NCBI GenBank assembly: GCA_029856045.1
Contig: JAHQWG010000016.1
Span: 192,001-256,000, forward strand
Length of the DNA: 64,000 bases
Source of the DNA: Promethearchaeia archaeon
Lineage (GTDB): Archaea; Asgardarchaeota; Lokiarchaeia; Sigyniarchaeales; SOKP01
Direction: 5' to 3'
Positions 10,627 through 20,889 of this stretch are shown here, one piece after another (positions within the stretch are counted from its first letter, which is position 1; each line of letters begins with the position of its first letter). The notes under the pieces were generated by a model, which was not told the DNA's origin, ran no database searches, and worked only from the letters and a program-made list of their open reading frames with translations. Both the position numbers and the translations under genes were made by a program.

Positions 10627-12462
10627 ATGGAAAGTTATAAACTTTTTAATAAAAATACTCAAGCAATTATTTATGGTTTTCAAACAAGACCCGTCCAGCG
10701 CATGCTTGATTTTGATTTTGTTTGTAAAAGAAAAAAACCATCAGTTGCCGCAATAATTAGACCAACTCAGACGACAGCCATAGACTATCATAAAGTCTTT
10801 TGGGGCAATAAAGAAATTGTTATCCCCATTTATAAAACACTAGCATTAGCAACTAAAAAGCATCCAATAGCCGATGTGATGATCAATTTCTCTTCTTTTA
10901 GATCATCTTATCCCACTAGCAAGGAAGCTCTTGAGTCAGATACAATAAGAACAGTTGTTATAATTGCTGAAGGTATTCCAGAAAGACAAAGCCGCGATTT
11001 AATTAGAATCGCACGTGAAAGAAGTAAATTTATTATAGGTCCTGCAACAGTAGGTGGAATAGTAGCTGGTAATTTCAAAATTGGAAATACTGCTGGGACC
11101 CTTGAAAATATAATTCTTTCAAAACTCTATCGCCCAGGTTCAATTGGTTTTGTTTCTAAATCAGGTGGTATGAGTAATGAAATGAATTTTATGATTTCTC
11201 AATGCACTGATGGTATCTATGAAGGTATAGCTATAGGTGGTGACCGTTATCCGGGTTCGCGTTTAATAGATCACCTTTTACGTTATGAAACCAATCCCAA
11301 AATTAAAATGTTGGTAGCACTAGGAGAAATAGGAGGAACAGATGAGTATGCAATTGTAGAAGCATTGAAAAATGGATCTATTAAGAAACCATTGGTCATA
11401 TGGGTAACTGGGACCGCTGCAAAAATTTTACCTCAAGGATTACAATTTGGTCATGCCGGTGCTATGGCTGGAAGCGAGAAAGAAACTGCTGACGCGAAAA
11501 ACCAAGCTCTTAGAGAAGCTGGAGCAATTGTTCCTGATTCTTATGAAGATTTAGATAAAAAAATTAAAGAAACATTTGAAAAATTAAAAAAAGAAGGAAA
11601 AATCGTGCCGTTTGATGAATTTGAACCACCTAAAGTTCCAATGGACTTTTCCGAAGCCCAGCGTTTAGGCTTAGTAAGAAGACCTACAAACGTTATTGTT
11701 ACAATTTCGGACGATCGGGGTGATGTTCCCACTTTTGCTGGTGTAGGATTAGATAAAATTATTAGAGAAAATAAATCAATTGGATATGTAATTGGTCTTT
11801 TATGGTTTAAAAGAGAATTACCAGAATTTGCTCAACAATTTATTGAAATAGTAATTAAATTAACTGCAGATCACGGTCCAGCTGTAAGTGGGGCACATAA
11901 TGCGATTATCACTGCTCGAGCGGGTAAGGATCTTATGTCTTCACTTGCTTCTGGTATATTAACGATTGGACCTCGCTTCGGCGGTGCTATCTCGAACGCA
12001 GCGAAATATTTTAGAGAAGCTTTACAGAAAAGAATGTCTCCCTTAGAATTTATTAATTATATGAAAAATACGGCAAAAATAAATATACCAGGGATAGGTC
12101 ATAGAATTAAATCCGTTCAAAATCCCGATGTACGTGTTCAACTACTTAAAGAATTTGTATTTAAAAATTTCTCTAAACACCCACATCTTGATTATGCTTT
12201 AGATGTAGAAAAAATTACCACTTCAAAGAAAAATAATCTCATTTTAAATGTTGATGGATGTATTGGTATCTGTTTCTTAGACCTTCTTGAAAATTTAGAT
12301 TTTACTACTGAAGAAATTGAGGATGTAATATATAGTGAGACTTTAAATGGTCTTTTTGTCCTTGGAAGATCTATTGGTATGATGGGACATGTTTTCGATC
12401 AGAAACGTCAGCGAGCTGGGCTTTTTAGGGAACCTTGGGACCAAATATTATTCACAGATTAG
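10627..12462 (+). CDS. aclA: ATP-citrate lyase alpha subunit (CoA-binding, phospho-His and citryl-CoA lyase domains)
   Basis: QRMLDFDF, IGPATVGG, KSGGMSNE, QFGHAGA phospho-His loop, ADHGPAVSGAHN, PGIGHRIKS, LNVDG. Confidence 0.95.
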   Translation: MESYKLFNKNTQAIIYGFQTRPVQRMLDFDFVCKRKKPSVAAIIRPTQTTAIDYHKVFWGNKEIVIPIYKTLALATKKHPIADVMINFSSFRSSYPTSKEALESDTIRTVVIIAEGIPERQSRDLIRIARERSKFIIGPATVGGIVAGNFKIGNTAGTLENIILSKLYRPGSIGFVSKSGGMSNEMNFMISQCTDGIYEGIAIGGDRYPGSRLIDHLLRYETNPKIKMLVALGEIGGTDEYAIVEALKNGSIKKPLVIWVTGTAAKILPQGLQFGHAGAMAGSEKETADAKNQALREAGAIVPDSYEDLDKKIKETFEKLKKEGKIVPFDEFEPPKVPMDFSEAQRLGLVRRPTNVIVTISDDRGDVPTFAGVGLDKIIRENKSIGYVIGLLWFKRELPEFAQQFIEIVIKLTADHGPAVSGAHNAIITARAGKDLMSSLASGILTIGPRFGGAISNAAKYFREALQKRMSPLEFINYMKNTAKINIPGIGHRIKSVQNPDVRVQLLKEFVFKNFSKHPHLDYALDVEKITTSKKNNLILNVDGCIGICFLDLLENLDFTTEEIEDVIYSETLNGLFVLGRSIGMMGHVFDQKRQRAGLFREPWDQILFTD

Positions 12463-12578
12463 AATTATATTTTTATATATTTAATGCAAAGTTATTAAAA
12501 TTTCATTAAAATTGGAAATATCTTAAGTAAAAAATAAAAAAAAATATTAAATAAAATGATATCTGAGGTTTAAAGATA

Positions 12579-13769
12579 ATGGATGAAATTATAGAAAAAG
12601 CAAAAGAACATTTCGCAAAAATCGTAAAAGAGCAGTTAGAAAGAGTAGAAAAGTTAAAAAGTGAAAAAGATTGGATTGATTATTCAAAGTTAAAACCCAT
12701 TATTATAGGGATTGTTGGTGGAGATGGTATTGGTCCTGAAATTTCAAAGCATGCTAAAAAAATATTTGAATTTCTTTTACAAGACGAATTAAAAGAAGGA
12801 AAAGTTGAATTGAGAGAAATTGAAGGATTAACCATTGAAAATAGAGCAAAAGTAATGAAGGCAATACCAGAAGATATTCTTGAAGAAATTAAAAAATGTC
12901 ATGTTCTGTTAAAAGGTCCTACAACGACTCCTAGAAAGGGTGATAAATGGCCTAACATCGAAAGTGCTAATGTATCAATGCGCCGTGAATTAGATCTTTT
13001 TGCAAATGTACGCCCCGTGAAAGTTCCCGAACTTGGTATTGATTGGATGTTTTTCCGAGAAAATACTGAAGGAGCTTATGTTTTGGGCTCCAAAGGGGTA
13101 AACATTACTGAAGATCTCTCATTTGATTTTAAAGTAATTACAACACAAGGAGCAGATCGTATAATCAGGCTAGCTTTTGATTATGCTAAGAAGAATAATA
13201 TTAATAGAGTCACAGTTGTAACTAAAGCTAATGTAGTAAAAGCAACTGACGGGAAATTTCTTGACATAGCTGAAAAAATTGCTAAGGAATATCCCGAAAT
13301 TGAATGGGACGATTGGTATATTGACATTATGACTGCAAAATTAATAGACCCCGCTCGTCAATCTCAATTTAAGATTTTAGTAGCTCCTAATCTATATGGG
13401 GACATTATTACCGATGAGGCTGCACAAATCCAGGGTGGCGTTGGAACGGCAGGTAGTGCTAATATAGGTAAGAGATATTCCATGTTCGAAGCAATTCATG
13501 GATCAGCTCCACGTATGGTTGAAGAAGGTCGCTTAAAATATGCTGATCCCTCAAGTCTAATAAAAGCTTCAGCATTATTACTTAATCATATAGGTTTCAT
13601 AGAAAAGGCGAAAAAATTAGAAATGGCACTTGATATATGCGCAACATATGAGAAGAAGTTAGAAATAACGGGAAGATCAAATGGTGCAACTGGGGAAGAT
13701 TTCTCAAAATATATAATGGAAACTCTCCAACATCCAAATTTAGAGGAAAAATGGAAAAGTTATCAATAG
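12579..13769 (+). CDS. icd: Isocitrate dehydrogenase (isocitrate/isopropylmalate dehydrogenase family)
   Basis: GDGIGPEI, KGPTTTP, RENTEG, KANV, NLYGDI, FEAIHGSAP; follows acn-acl. Confidence 0.8.
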   Translation: MDEIIEKAKEHFAKIVKEQLERVEKLKSEKDWIDYSKLKPIIIGIVGGDGIGPEISKHAKKIFEFLLQDELKEGKVELREIEGLTIENRAKVMKAIPEDILEEIKKCHVLLKGPTTTPRKGDKWPNIESANVSMRRELDLFANVRPVKVPELGIDWMFFRENTEGAYVLGSKGVNITEDLSFDFKVITTQGADRIIRLAFDYAKKNNINRVTVVTKANVVKATDGKFLDIAEKIAKEYPEIEWDDWYIDIMTAKLIDPARQSQFKILVAPNLYGDIITDEAAQIQGGVGTAGSANIGKRYSMFEAIHGSAPRMVEEGRLKYADPSSLIKASALLLNHIGFIEKAKKLEMALDICATYEKKLEITGRSNGATGEDFSKYIMETLQHPNLEEKWKSYQ

Positions 13770-13879
13770 ATTAAGAAATATTTCAAGAATTATTATATTT
13801 TAAAAAATGTTTTTTTAATGAAAGTACTCTCTATTTAAAAATTTAAATATTTACGATAAGAAGAACAAGGAAAACAAAA

Positions 13880-15238
13880 ATGCCTAAAAAAAAAATAATT
13901 ATAATAGGAGCACTTGGAATGGATTTTCATGTTTTTAACACTATCTTTAAAGATAATGAGGAATATGAGGTGATTGCATTTACAATTGCGGGAGAACAGA
14001 ATATTGGAACAATTGAAGATGCAGAGAGAAAATATCCAGCTGAACTTGCAGGGAAATTATATCCTAATGGAATTCTAATGGTAACAGAGGCAAAATTGGA
14101 AGAATTAATTAAAAAACATAAAGTAGATGAGGTGGTTTTTGCATATTCTGATGTCTCACATGAAGAAGTCATGCATAAAGCTTCACGAGTTCTTGCTTCA
14201 GGAGGAGATTATCGTTTAATTTCAGGTAGAAATACTATGATTAAAGCTAATAAACCAATTATTTCAATTTGTGCAGTAAGGACTGGATGTGGAAAAAGTC
14301 AAGTATCTAGGGCTGTATATCGCTATTTAAAAAATAGAGGTTATAAAGTTGTTGCGATCCGCGAACCAATGCCTTATGGAAATTTAATTGAACAAAATGT
14401 AATGCGTTTTGAAACTTATGAGGACTTGGATAAATTTAAATGCACTATTGAAGAGCGAGAAGAATATGAACCGTATATTAAACAAAGTTTGGTAATTTAT
14501 TCTGGTGTTGATTATGAGAAAATTGTTCGGGAAGCAGAAAAAGAAGCAGATATAATTATTTTCGATGGAGGTAATAACGAAATATCTTTCTATATTCCAG
14601 ATTTACTTTTTGTTGTTGTAGATCCGCTAAGACCCGGCCATGAAACGAAATATTATCCAGGGGAAGTAAACGCACGGATGGCAGATGCATTTGTTATTAA
14701 CAAAATGAATAGTGCAAAAATAGAAGATGTTAAAAAAGTTGAGAAAAATCTCCAAGATTTAAATCCTGATGCGAAAAAGATTTTTACAAATTCTGTTGTT
14801 ATATTAGAAAATTCTTATAACTTAAAAGGTAAAAAAGTTATTGTAGTCGAAGATGGTCCCACTCTGACTCATGGAGGTATGTCTTATGGAGCAGGGTATG
14901 TCGCGGCAAAAAATAAAGGAGCTGTTATTATTGACCCAAAACCTTATCTCACGGGTACATTGATAGAAATTTTTAAAGAATTCCCCCAAATTAAAGAAAT
15001 TGTGCCTGCAATGGGATATAATGATCAACAAATAAAAGATATGGAAGAAACGCTTAATAAATCAAAATGTGATCTTATTATTAATGGGAGCCCAATTGAT
15101 CTTGCGAAGTTAATTAATAGTAACAAACCAATAGTTAGAGTCACTTATGATATAGAAGCGTTAAGTAGTCCTACAATTGAGGAAGTTCTTGATGAATTCA
15201 TTCAAAAGTTATTAAAAAAACAAAACGGTAAAAATTAA
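13880..15238 (+). CDS. cDPG-synthetase-like P-loop NTPase, probable arginine synthetase (ArcE-like)
   Basis: DFHVFN, AVRTGCGKSQ, R.PMPYG, TIEEREEYE, DGGNNE, VEDGPTLTHGGM motifs; clustered with OTC and carbamate kinase, with no arginine deiminase in the window. Confidence 0.75.
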   Translation: MPKKKIIIIGALGMDFHVFNTIFKDNEEYEVIAFTIAGEQNIGTIEDAERKYPAELAGKLYPNGILMVTEAKLEELIKKHKVDEVVFAYSDVSHEEVMHKASRVLASGGDYRLISGRNTMIKANKPIISICAVRTGCGKSQVSRAVYRYLKNRGYKVVAIREPMPYGNLIEQNVMRFETYEDLDKFKCTIEEREEYEPYIKQSLVIYSGVDYEKIVREAEKEADIIIFDGGNNEISFYIPDLLFVVVDPLRPGHETKYYPGEVNARMADAFVINKMNSAKIEDVKKVEKNLQDLNPDAKKIFTNSVVILENSYNLKGKKVIVVEDGPTLTHGGMSYGAGYVAAKNKGAVIIDPKPYLTGTLIEIFKEFPQIKEIVPAMGYNDQQIKDMEETLNKSKCDLIINGSPIDLAKLINSNKPIVRVTYDIEALSSPTIEEVLDEFIQKLLKKQNGKN

Positions 15239-15337
15239 AAAAAAAGAGAAAGAACAGAATTCAAATAGAAGTCCTATTGTTAATTAATAATTATTATTTT
15301 ATATTTTTTATAAGACAAATTTGAAGAAAATAATAGA

Positions 15338-17527
15338 ATGAAAATGTTGAATTTAGCAGAAAAAAAATATGAATTAAAAAAAATAGCAAGAGGTTATACA
15401 AATCGGACCCTTTATATCAATTTAACAAAAAATGAAATCTTAATTAAACCAGTTACCAATGAAATGAAAGATAAATTTATTGGTGGCAAAGGATTCGATC
15501 TCTGGCTTATGTGGAATGCTCTACCTAAAGATCGAATTGTAAAATGGGATGATCCAGAAAATGAAATTTGTATCTCATCTGGTCCGCTTGGAGGTAATAC
15601 ATTTTACCCAGGTTCTGGAAAATCAATAGTCACAACAATATCTCCATTAACAGGAATAATAATTGATAGTAATGTTGGTGGTTATTTTGGGCCATATTTG
15701 AAATTTTCTGGATTTGATGCACTGGAAATTCATGGAAAAGCAAAACAAGAAATTATAATTTTTATTGATGGAATAAATGGAATTATTCGCATTGAAGAAA
15801 TAAATGATTTTGAAAATCTTTCAAATGACTCTCATTTACTCACGCAACAATTAACGGAAAAATATGCAAAAGATGAAAATGAAAAAATTCAAATTTCTGT
15901 TGTAAGTACAGGTTCAGCTTCTAAACATACTAAATGGGGAATGTTAAATTTCTCTTGGTATAGTCGCAAACGTAAATGGGCTTCATGCAAACAAGCAGGA
16001 CGCGGTGGAGTTGGAACTGTCTTTGCTGATAAAAATCTCAAAGCTTTAATTTGTCGGTCTCCCAAAGTTGATTTAGAAATAAATAACCCAGCAGATTTTG
16101 ATACAGCTCGTAAGATCGGTAAAAAACATAACCAAGAGATTATTAAATATGATCCAATACAAAATGAAATGAGATCTGTGGGAACAGGACATCTCCCAGA
16201 GATCATGAATGTATATGATCTTCTCCCAACTGAAAATTTTCGTTTTGGGTCTCATAAGGTAATAAAAGATAATAAAATTCCTCTCAATCGAGAAGCATGG
16301 CGTAAAATTTTTTCTGGGGAATCTGGTAGTGATGGTTGTTGGTTTGGTTGTACACTCAGTTGTTCTCACTATTGTAGGGAACATAAAGTAATAACTGGTC
16401 CTTATAAAGATCAAAAAGTTATTGTAGATGGTCCGGATTATGAAACTATTGCAGGTTGTGGTCCAAATTGGGGTGTTTGGGACCCCAAATGGTTATTAGA
16501 AACAAATTTCTACTGTGATACATACGGTCTCGATACAATCTCTGTAGGAACAGGAATTGCTTTTGTTATGGAATGTTATGAAGCTGGAATTTTAAATAAA
16601 GAAATCACTAGTGGACTAGAACTTAATTTTGGTAATGCTTTTGCTGCTTTAGAACTAATCCATCAAATGGCTGAAGGGAAAGGGTTTGGTTTAATTGTAG
16701 GACAAGGTATTCATATAATGAAAAACATTTTTGCTGAGAAATATGGAGCAGATCCTAAATTTCTTCATGATATTGGTATGGAACATAAAGGTTTAGAATT
16801 CTCTGAATATGTTACCAAAGAATCATTGGCTCAACAAGGAGGATATGGACTTACTCTAAAAGGACCGCAACATGATGAGGCATGGTTAATATTTGAAGAT
16901 ATGGTTAGAAAATCTATTCCAACATTTGAAGACAAGGCTAAAGCATTATGTTGGTTTCCTTTCTGGAGAACATGGTTCTCATTAAATGGACTCTGTAAAT
17001 TACCATGGAATGATGTTCAACCTCCAAATAATGTTGAATATCCTGTTAGAGACCCAAAAACTAAAGAACTTCTCCGTGCAAGGATTCCAAACCATGTAGA
17101 GTGGTATTCACAATATTTCTCAGCTGTAACTGGTCGCAAATCTACTCCTAAGGATCTTATTAGAATGTCTGAGCGAGTGTATAACTTTCAAAGAATTTTT
17201 AATATCCGACAAGGTAAGGGTCTTCGAGAACATGATTCCAATTTACCCTATAGAGCTGTTGGTCCTGTAACGCCTACTGAATATGAGAGTCGTTTAGAGA
17301 GATATGATGATCAAATTAAAGATATTGGAATTAATATTAAGGGAAAAACAACAGAGGAAAAAATTAGGATTCTACGGGAGTATCGAGAAAAACAATATGA
17401 AATGCTTCAAGATGCTGTTTATAAACATCGTGGCTGGAATAATAAGGGTTGTCCAACGATTGAAAAAGCCAAAGAATTAGGAATTGCATTTGATGATGTT
17501 ATTTCTGTGATTCTTCCCTACCAATAA
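15338..17527 (+). CDS. Tungsten aldehyde:ferredoxin oxidoreductase family protein
   Basis: SNVGGYFG, AGRGGVG, CWFGCTLSC cluster motif, DYET, GLDTIS, ERVYNFQRIFN. Confidence 0.9.
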   Translation: MKMLNLAEKKYELKKIARGYTNRTLYINLTKNEILIKPVTNEMKDKFIGGKGFDLWLMWNALPKDRIVKWDDPENEICISSGPLGGNTFYPGSGKSIVTTISPLTGIIIDSNVGGYFGPYLKFSGFDALEIHGKAKQEIIIFIDGINGIIRIEEINDFENLSNDSHLLTQQLTEKYAKDENEKIQISVVSTGSASKHTKWGMLNFSWYSRKRKWASCKQAGRGGVGTVFADKNLKALICRSPKVDLEINNPADFDTARKIGKKHNQEIIKYDPIQNEMRSVGTGHLPEIMNVYDLLPTENFRFGSHKVIKDNKIPLNREAWRKIFSGESGSDGCWFGCTLSCSHYCREHKVITGPYKDQKVIVDGPDYETIAGCGPNWGVWDPKWLLETNFYCDTYGLDTISVGTGIAFVMECYEAGILNKEITSGLELNFGNAFAALELIHQMAEGKGFGLIVGQGIHIMKNIFAEKYGADPKFLHDIGMEHKGLEFSEYVTKESLAQQGGYGLTLKGPQHDEAWLIFEDMVRKSIPTFEDKAKALCWFPFWRTWFSLNGLCKLPWNDVQPPNNVEYPVRDPKTKELLRARIPNHVEWYSQYFSAVTGRKSTPKDLIRMSERVYNFQRIFNIRQGKGLREHDSNLPYRAVGPVTPTEYESRLERYDDQIKDIGINIKGKTTEEKIRILREYREKQYEMLQDAVYKHRGWNNKGCPTIEKAKELGIAFDDVISVILPYQ

Positions 17528-17565
17528 AATATATAGAATAAAAAATCTTATTAGAAAATTGAGTT

Positions 17566-19656
17566 TTGATGGAAAATATAACTAATCATCCCATCCTTAA
17601 GATACCTAAAAGAAAATTAGTTAATTTTAGTTTTAATGGAAAAAAAATAACGGGGTTTGAAGGAATGGTGATTTCCTCAGCTCTTTTTATGAATAAAATC
17701 AAAATTTTTGGTCATCATGCAAAAGATAACAGCCCTCAAGGTATTTTTTGTTCTAATGGGCAGTGTGCTCAATGCACAGTTATTGTCAATGGTAAACCTG
17801 TAAAATCTTGTATGACTCCACTTAATGATGGTATGATAATAGAAAGCTGTGAGGGTTTGCCGGAATTACCAGATGATGATAAACTGGTCTCAGTGGGAGA
17901 CCCACCAATAATAGAAACTCAATTGTTAATAATAGGTGCTGGACCTGCTGGTCTTTCAGCTTGTCAAATCCTTGGAGAAAAAGGGATTCAAGTAATTATA
18001 ATTGATGATAAAGACAGACCTGGTGGAAAATTAGTCCTTCAAACTCATAAATTTTTTGGCTCTCAAGAAGATGTATATGCAGGTAAACGAGGCATAGATA
18101 TTGCAGAAATTCTCAGTGAGGCAGTTCGCTCCTTATCTAATGTGGATATTTGGCTTAACAGTACTGCTTTAGCTGTTTTTAGCGATGGTTTAATTGGTAT
18201 CTTAAAAAATAATGAAGAATATGTTATAGTAAAACCAAAATATCTCTTAATTGCTACAGGAGCAAGAGAACAAATGCTAATATTTCCAGGTAATACCCTT
18301 CCAGGAGTATATGGTGCTGGTGCATTTCAGACCTTAGTTAATCGGGATTTAATTAAAGCTGCAGAACGTATCTTCATCGTAGGTGGCGGTAATGTGGGAT
18401 TAATTGCAGGATATCATGCACTCCAAGCTGGTATTGAAGTTATTGGTTTGATTGAAGCACTACCCCAATGTAGTGGATACAAGGTCCATGAAGATAAACT
18501 TAGATTTTTGGATGTTCCGATTTATACAAGTCATACTGTTTTATCAGCAAATGGAGATAATAAAGTAGAATCTATTACTATTGGACAAGTAGATAAAAAT
18601 TTTAATATACTTCCTGGAACCGAAATAACTTTTGCTGTTGATGCTATTTTAATTGCAGTTGGCTTAAACCCAGTAGATGAATTTTATCATAAAGCTAAGG
18701 AATATAAATTGAAAGTTTGGGTGGCTGGTGATGCTCAAGAGATAGCAGAGGCATCTGCAGCAATTTTTACGGGCAAAATTGAAGGAATTAAAATATTAAA
18801 GGAAATGGGACTTAATACAATAGATAATGTTGATGAACTTGAAGAAAAAGCAAGTATTATGAAATCAAAACCCCTTCCTCCTGTTCAATTAGATGTTCCA
18901 GATATAGAAGAAGGAATCTTTCCTGTTTTCCATTGCATTCAAGAAATCCCATGCAATCCTTGCACTTCTGTATGCCCTCAAAAGCAGATTGAAACGATTG
19001 ACGGTTCAATAATGCAATTACCATATTTTAAAGGGGAGAAAGAATGCACTGGTTGTGGACGATGTATAGCTGTATGCCCTGGTTTAGCAGTGACTTTAAT
19101 TGATTATCGTAAGGATAAAAACAATCCAATTGTTACTTTTCCATTTGAAATGACTACTGAAAAGTTAAAGATGGATCAAATAATTACAATAGTTGGTAAT
19201 CATGGCGAATTAGGCCAATTTAAAGTAATTAAATCTAGAATTATTAAAGATTTTCCACTCACTCAACTTGTATCCATCAAATTACCATCTAAAATTGCTA
19301 AACGTGCCGTGGGTATTAGATTACAACCATCAATTGTTAGAGAACCTTTAGAACTTTACTATAAACACCCTCTTGCTAATGATACCATTGTATGTCGATG
19401 TGAACGAGTAACGGTTGGTGAAATCAGAAAATGGATACGTAAAGGAATAACTGATTTTAATGAGCTTAAAGCTTTAACTCAAGTTGGAATGGGAGCATGT
19501 GGAGGCAAAACATGCACTCCTCTTATTTATCGCATCTTCAGTGAAGAAGGAGTATCTCTTGATGAAATTACCCCCGGAACATTACGTCCTTTATTAATAG
19601 AAGTCCCCATGGGTCTTTTTGCTCGAACAAAGGAGGAGGATAAATATCGAATATGA
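17566..19656 (+). CDS. Multidomain flavo-iron-sulfur oxidoreductase (proline dehydrogenase/sarcosine oxidase alpha-like, fused ferredoxin and BFD-like domains)
   Basis: N-terminal CSNGQCAQC 2Fe-2S, IGAGPAG FAD site, ATGA, GGGNVG, IPCNPC/CTGCGRCIAVCP ferredoxin, C-terminal CRCE..CGGKTC. Confidence 0.85.
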   Translation: MMENITNHPILKIPKRKLVNFSFNGKKITGFEGMVISSALFMNKIKIFGHHAKDNSPQGIFCSNGQCAQCTVIVNGKPVKSCMTPLNDGMIIESCEGLPELPDDDKLVSVGDPPIIETQLLIIGAGPAGLSACQILGEKGIQVIIIDDKDRPGGKLVLQTHKFFGSQEDVYAGKRGIDIAEILSEAVRSLSNVDIWLNSTALAVFSDGLIGILKNNEEYVIVKPKYLLIATGAREQMLIFPGNTLPGVYGAGAFQTLVNRDLIKAAERIFIVGGGNVGLIAGYHALQAGIEVIGLIEALPQCSGYKVHEDKLRFLDVPIYTSHTVLSANGDNKVESITIGQVDKNFNILPGTEITFAVDAILIAVGLNPVDEFYHKAKEYKLKVWVAGDAQEIAEASAAIFTGKIEGIKILKEMGLNTIDNVDELEEKASIMKSKPLPPVQLDVPDIEEGIFPVFHCIQEIPCNPCTSVCPQKQIETIDGSIMQLPYFKGEKECTGCGRCIAVCPGLAVTLIDYRKDKNNPIVTFPFEMTTEKLKMDQIITIVGNHGELGQFKVIKSRIIKDFPLTQLVSIKLPSKIAKRAVGIRLQPSIVREPLELYYKHPLANDTIVCRCERVTVGEIRKWIRKGITDFNELKALTQVGMGACGGKTCTPLIYRIFSEEGVSLDEITPGTLRPLLIEVPMGLFARTKEEDKYRI

Positions 19657-20809
19657 TGTAATCATAATCGGTTCGGGAAGTATTGGAGTTCCAACTGCAT
19701 TAGCCACAGCTCATGATGGACTTAAAACACTCGTTATTGAAGTATTACCTTCTCTTGCTCAAGGCGACAATAAACATGCAATTGGTGGAATTCGAGCAAC
19801 TCATTCACAAAAAAGTAAAATCTGGATTTGCCAAAGATCCATAGAAATCTTTTCTACTTGGAAAAAGAAGTACGGGGATGATATTTGGTGGGTTGAAGGG
19901 GGTTATGTTTTTATAGCAATTACAGAAGAACAAGAGAAATTGCTAAAAGACACTGTTGATCTTCAAAAGAAATATGGCTTAAACATTGAATATGTTGATG
20001 CGGAAAAAATTAAGGTACTTATACCTGGTATTAATGATCAAGGGTTATTGGGAGGAACTTTTAGCCCTAAAGATGGAAATGCTTCCCCTTTATTAGCCTT
20101 ACATTCCTTTTATCAGCAGTCAATAAATTGGGGGGCAGAATATAAATTTAAAGAAAAAGTTATTGATATTTTAATATATAATAAGAAAGTAACTGCTGTT
20201 AAAACTACAAAGGGCACCTATAAAACAAAAAATATAATTAATGCAGCTGGGGCTCTTGCAAAAAATATTGGTCAAATGGCTGGAATCGATATACCCGTGC
20301 AACCTGATTCTCACGAAGCTGGAATTACTGAACCTATTAAAAATTTTTTTTCACCTATGGTTGTTGATACACATCCCTGCTTAGATCCAAAATTTGGGAA
20401 TTCAAAAAATTATTATTTCTATCAGAATAAAGAAGGACAAATTATTTTCTGCCTTACTCCTGATCCAAGCAAATTTGGCACAGATCGAAGAGAAACAAGT
20501 TCCTTTTTACCGCAAATTTCAAAGAGGATGATTAAACTTTTACCTCGTTTGCGCAATATAAAAATAAGACGAACATGGCGAGGGTTATACCCAATGACTC
20601 TTGATGGAAATCCTATTATTGGACCTGTTAATAACCTTAAAGGATATATTAATGCTGTTGGGATGTGTGGACAAGGTTTTATGCTTGGTCCCGGGGTGGG
20701 GGAACTTCTAAGTCGTCTTTTAACTGGGAGAATTAACTCTCAAGATAATGAAATTTTTGAAGATCTTTCATTATATCGAAATTTTTATCAAGCAGAAGAT
20801 TTAAAGTAA
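19619..20809 (+). CDS. FAD-dependent amino-acid dehydrogenase (proline dehydrogenase/sarcosine oxidase beta-like)
   Basis: YDVIIIGSGSIG, GGIR, RTWRGLYPMT.DG.PIIG, GQGFMLGP DAO-family motifs; start codon uncertain. Confidence 0.85.
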   Translation: MLEQRRRINIEYDVIIIGSGSIGVPTALATAHDGLKTLVIEVLPSLAQGDNKHAIGGIRATHSQKSKIWICQRSIEIFSTWKKKYGDDIWWVEGGYVFIAITEEQEKLLKDTVDLQKKYGLNIEYVDAEKIKVLIPGINDQGLLGGTFSPKDGNASPLLALHSFYQQSINWGAEYKFKEKVIDILIYNKKVTAVKTTKGTYKTKNIINAAGALAKNIGQMAGIDIPVQPDSHEAGITEPIKNFFSPMVVDTHPCLDPKFGNSKNYYFYQNKEGQIIFCLTPDPSKFGTDRRETSSFLPQISKRMIKLLPRLRNIKIRRTWRGLYPMTLDGNPIIGPVNNLKGYINAVGMCGQGFMLGPGVGELLSRLLTGRINSQDNEIFEDLSLYRNFYQAEDLK

Positions 20810-20889
20810 AAATTTAAATAAAGAAATTATGGTATAAATCAAGTTAATAATCAAAGTGGAAAAATTATGATAATAAACATTCAAGATTA

